This document shows positions 63,549-64,000 of a DNA stretch of 64,000 nt, one piece after another. Origin of the DNA: Takakia lepidozioides (lineage: Eukaryota > Plantae > Bryophyta); assembly GCA_030704615.1 (NCBI GenBank), contig CM060732.1, positions 76,198,001 to 76,262,000 of the forward strand, in the 5' to 3' direction. Position 1 is the stretch's first letter, and every line of letters begins with the position of its first letter. The position numbers and the translations under genes are program-made. The notes beneath the pieces are model-generated. The model saw only the letters and a list, made by a program, of their open reading frames with translations, searched no databases and was not told the DNA's origin.

Positions 63549-64000
63549 TAGATGGCAGGATGGATGGCTTGGACAAACTGGTGGAATCACAAGGACGTGA
63601 CATGGCAGAATTAAAATTACAGATGCAGAGTATGATTGAGTACCAAAAAGCCATTGTGACGAGATTGGGGATTAATCTACCAGGCGCAGGACCAATGACA
63701 TCTACGATGGATACGTCTACTGTGACAGTATCAAAATGTTTGGAATCCCAATTTCAGACGGTAACTGGTGCTCACTCTAAGCCCTTATGTCTTCCTGTCA
63801 CTGATGATCTTTTGAATTTGACCGAGCAGCAGCAGGATACAGGGAAGGCCAGCTGTGAGGTACACGTGGAAATTCAGCCCTTGCCACGTACAAAGGCAGT
63901 AGCAGTCCAGGGGGGCAATGGTGACAGAGCGGCCGGGCACACCGGATTCTGGTATGCAGGTATGTGGGAGTTTAGATGGGGAGGAAGATGCAGACGGGGA
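63549..64000 (+). CDS. Open exon with a short coiled coil running off the window end; probably a further gene of the Sola-like element
   Basis: Acceptor-like ttctacag at 63548, then ~150 stop-free codons (MDGLDKLVESQGRDMAELKLQMQSMIEYQK...). Confidence 0.4.

Overview
Eukaryotic, repeat-rich DNA from a land plant, probably a non-seed plant such as a moss. That placement is inferred from the spliced NLR, PLS-PPR, phytocyanin and F-box sequences plus the TE content. The main structure is a ~13.95-kb hAT-type element (7041-20990) with imperfect TIRs and a 7/8-matching 8-bp target-site duplication. It carries a decayed BED/DUF659/hATC transposase and two convergent cargo genes: an open non-RD protein kinase ORF, and a decayed coiled-coil + RING-H2 gene whose RING is not in the ORF track. 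A ~120-bp satellite separates the cargo genes, and a TGCGACC-palindrome array lies upstream of each of the three genes. A deleted second copy of the element occupies 1-~6250. Downstream, in order: a truncated Copia element, an F-box pseudogene, an apparently intact six-exon NLR with an unusual N-terminus, nested Copia/Gypsy fragments, an ENODL-type phytocyanin gene, a second F-box pseudogene, a 5.3-kb tandem array derived from one PLS-PPR triplet, and a decayed Sola/DUF7869-like transposase interrupted by a CACTA-ended MITE with a 4-bp TSD. All family assignments come from motif recognition by eye; no database searches were run.
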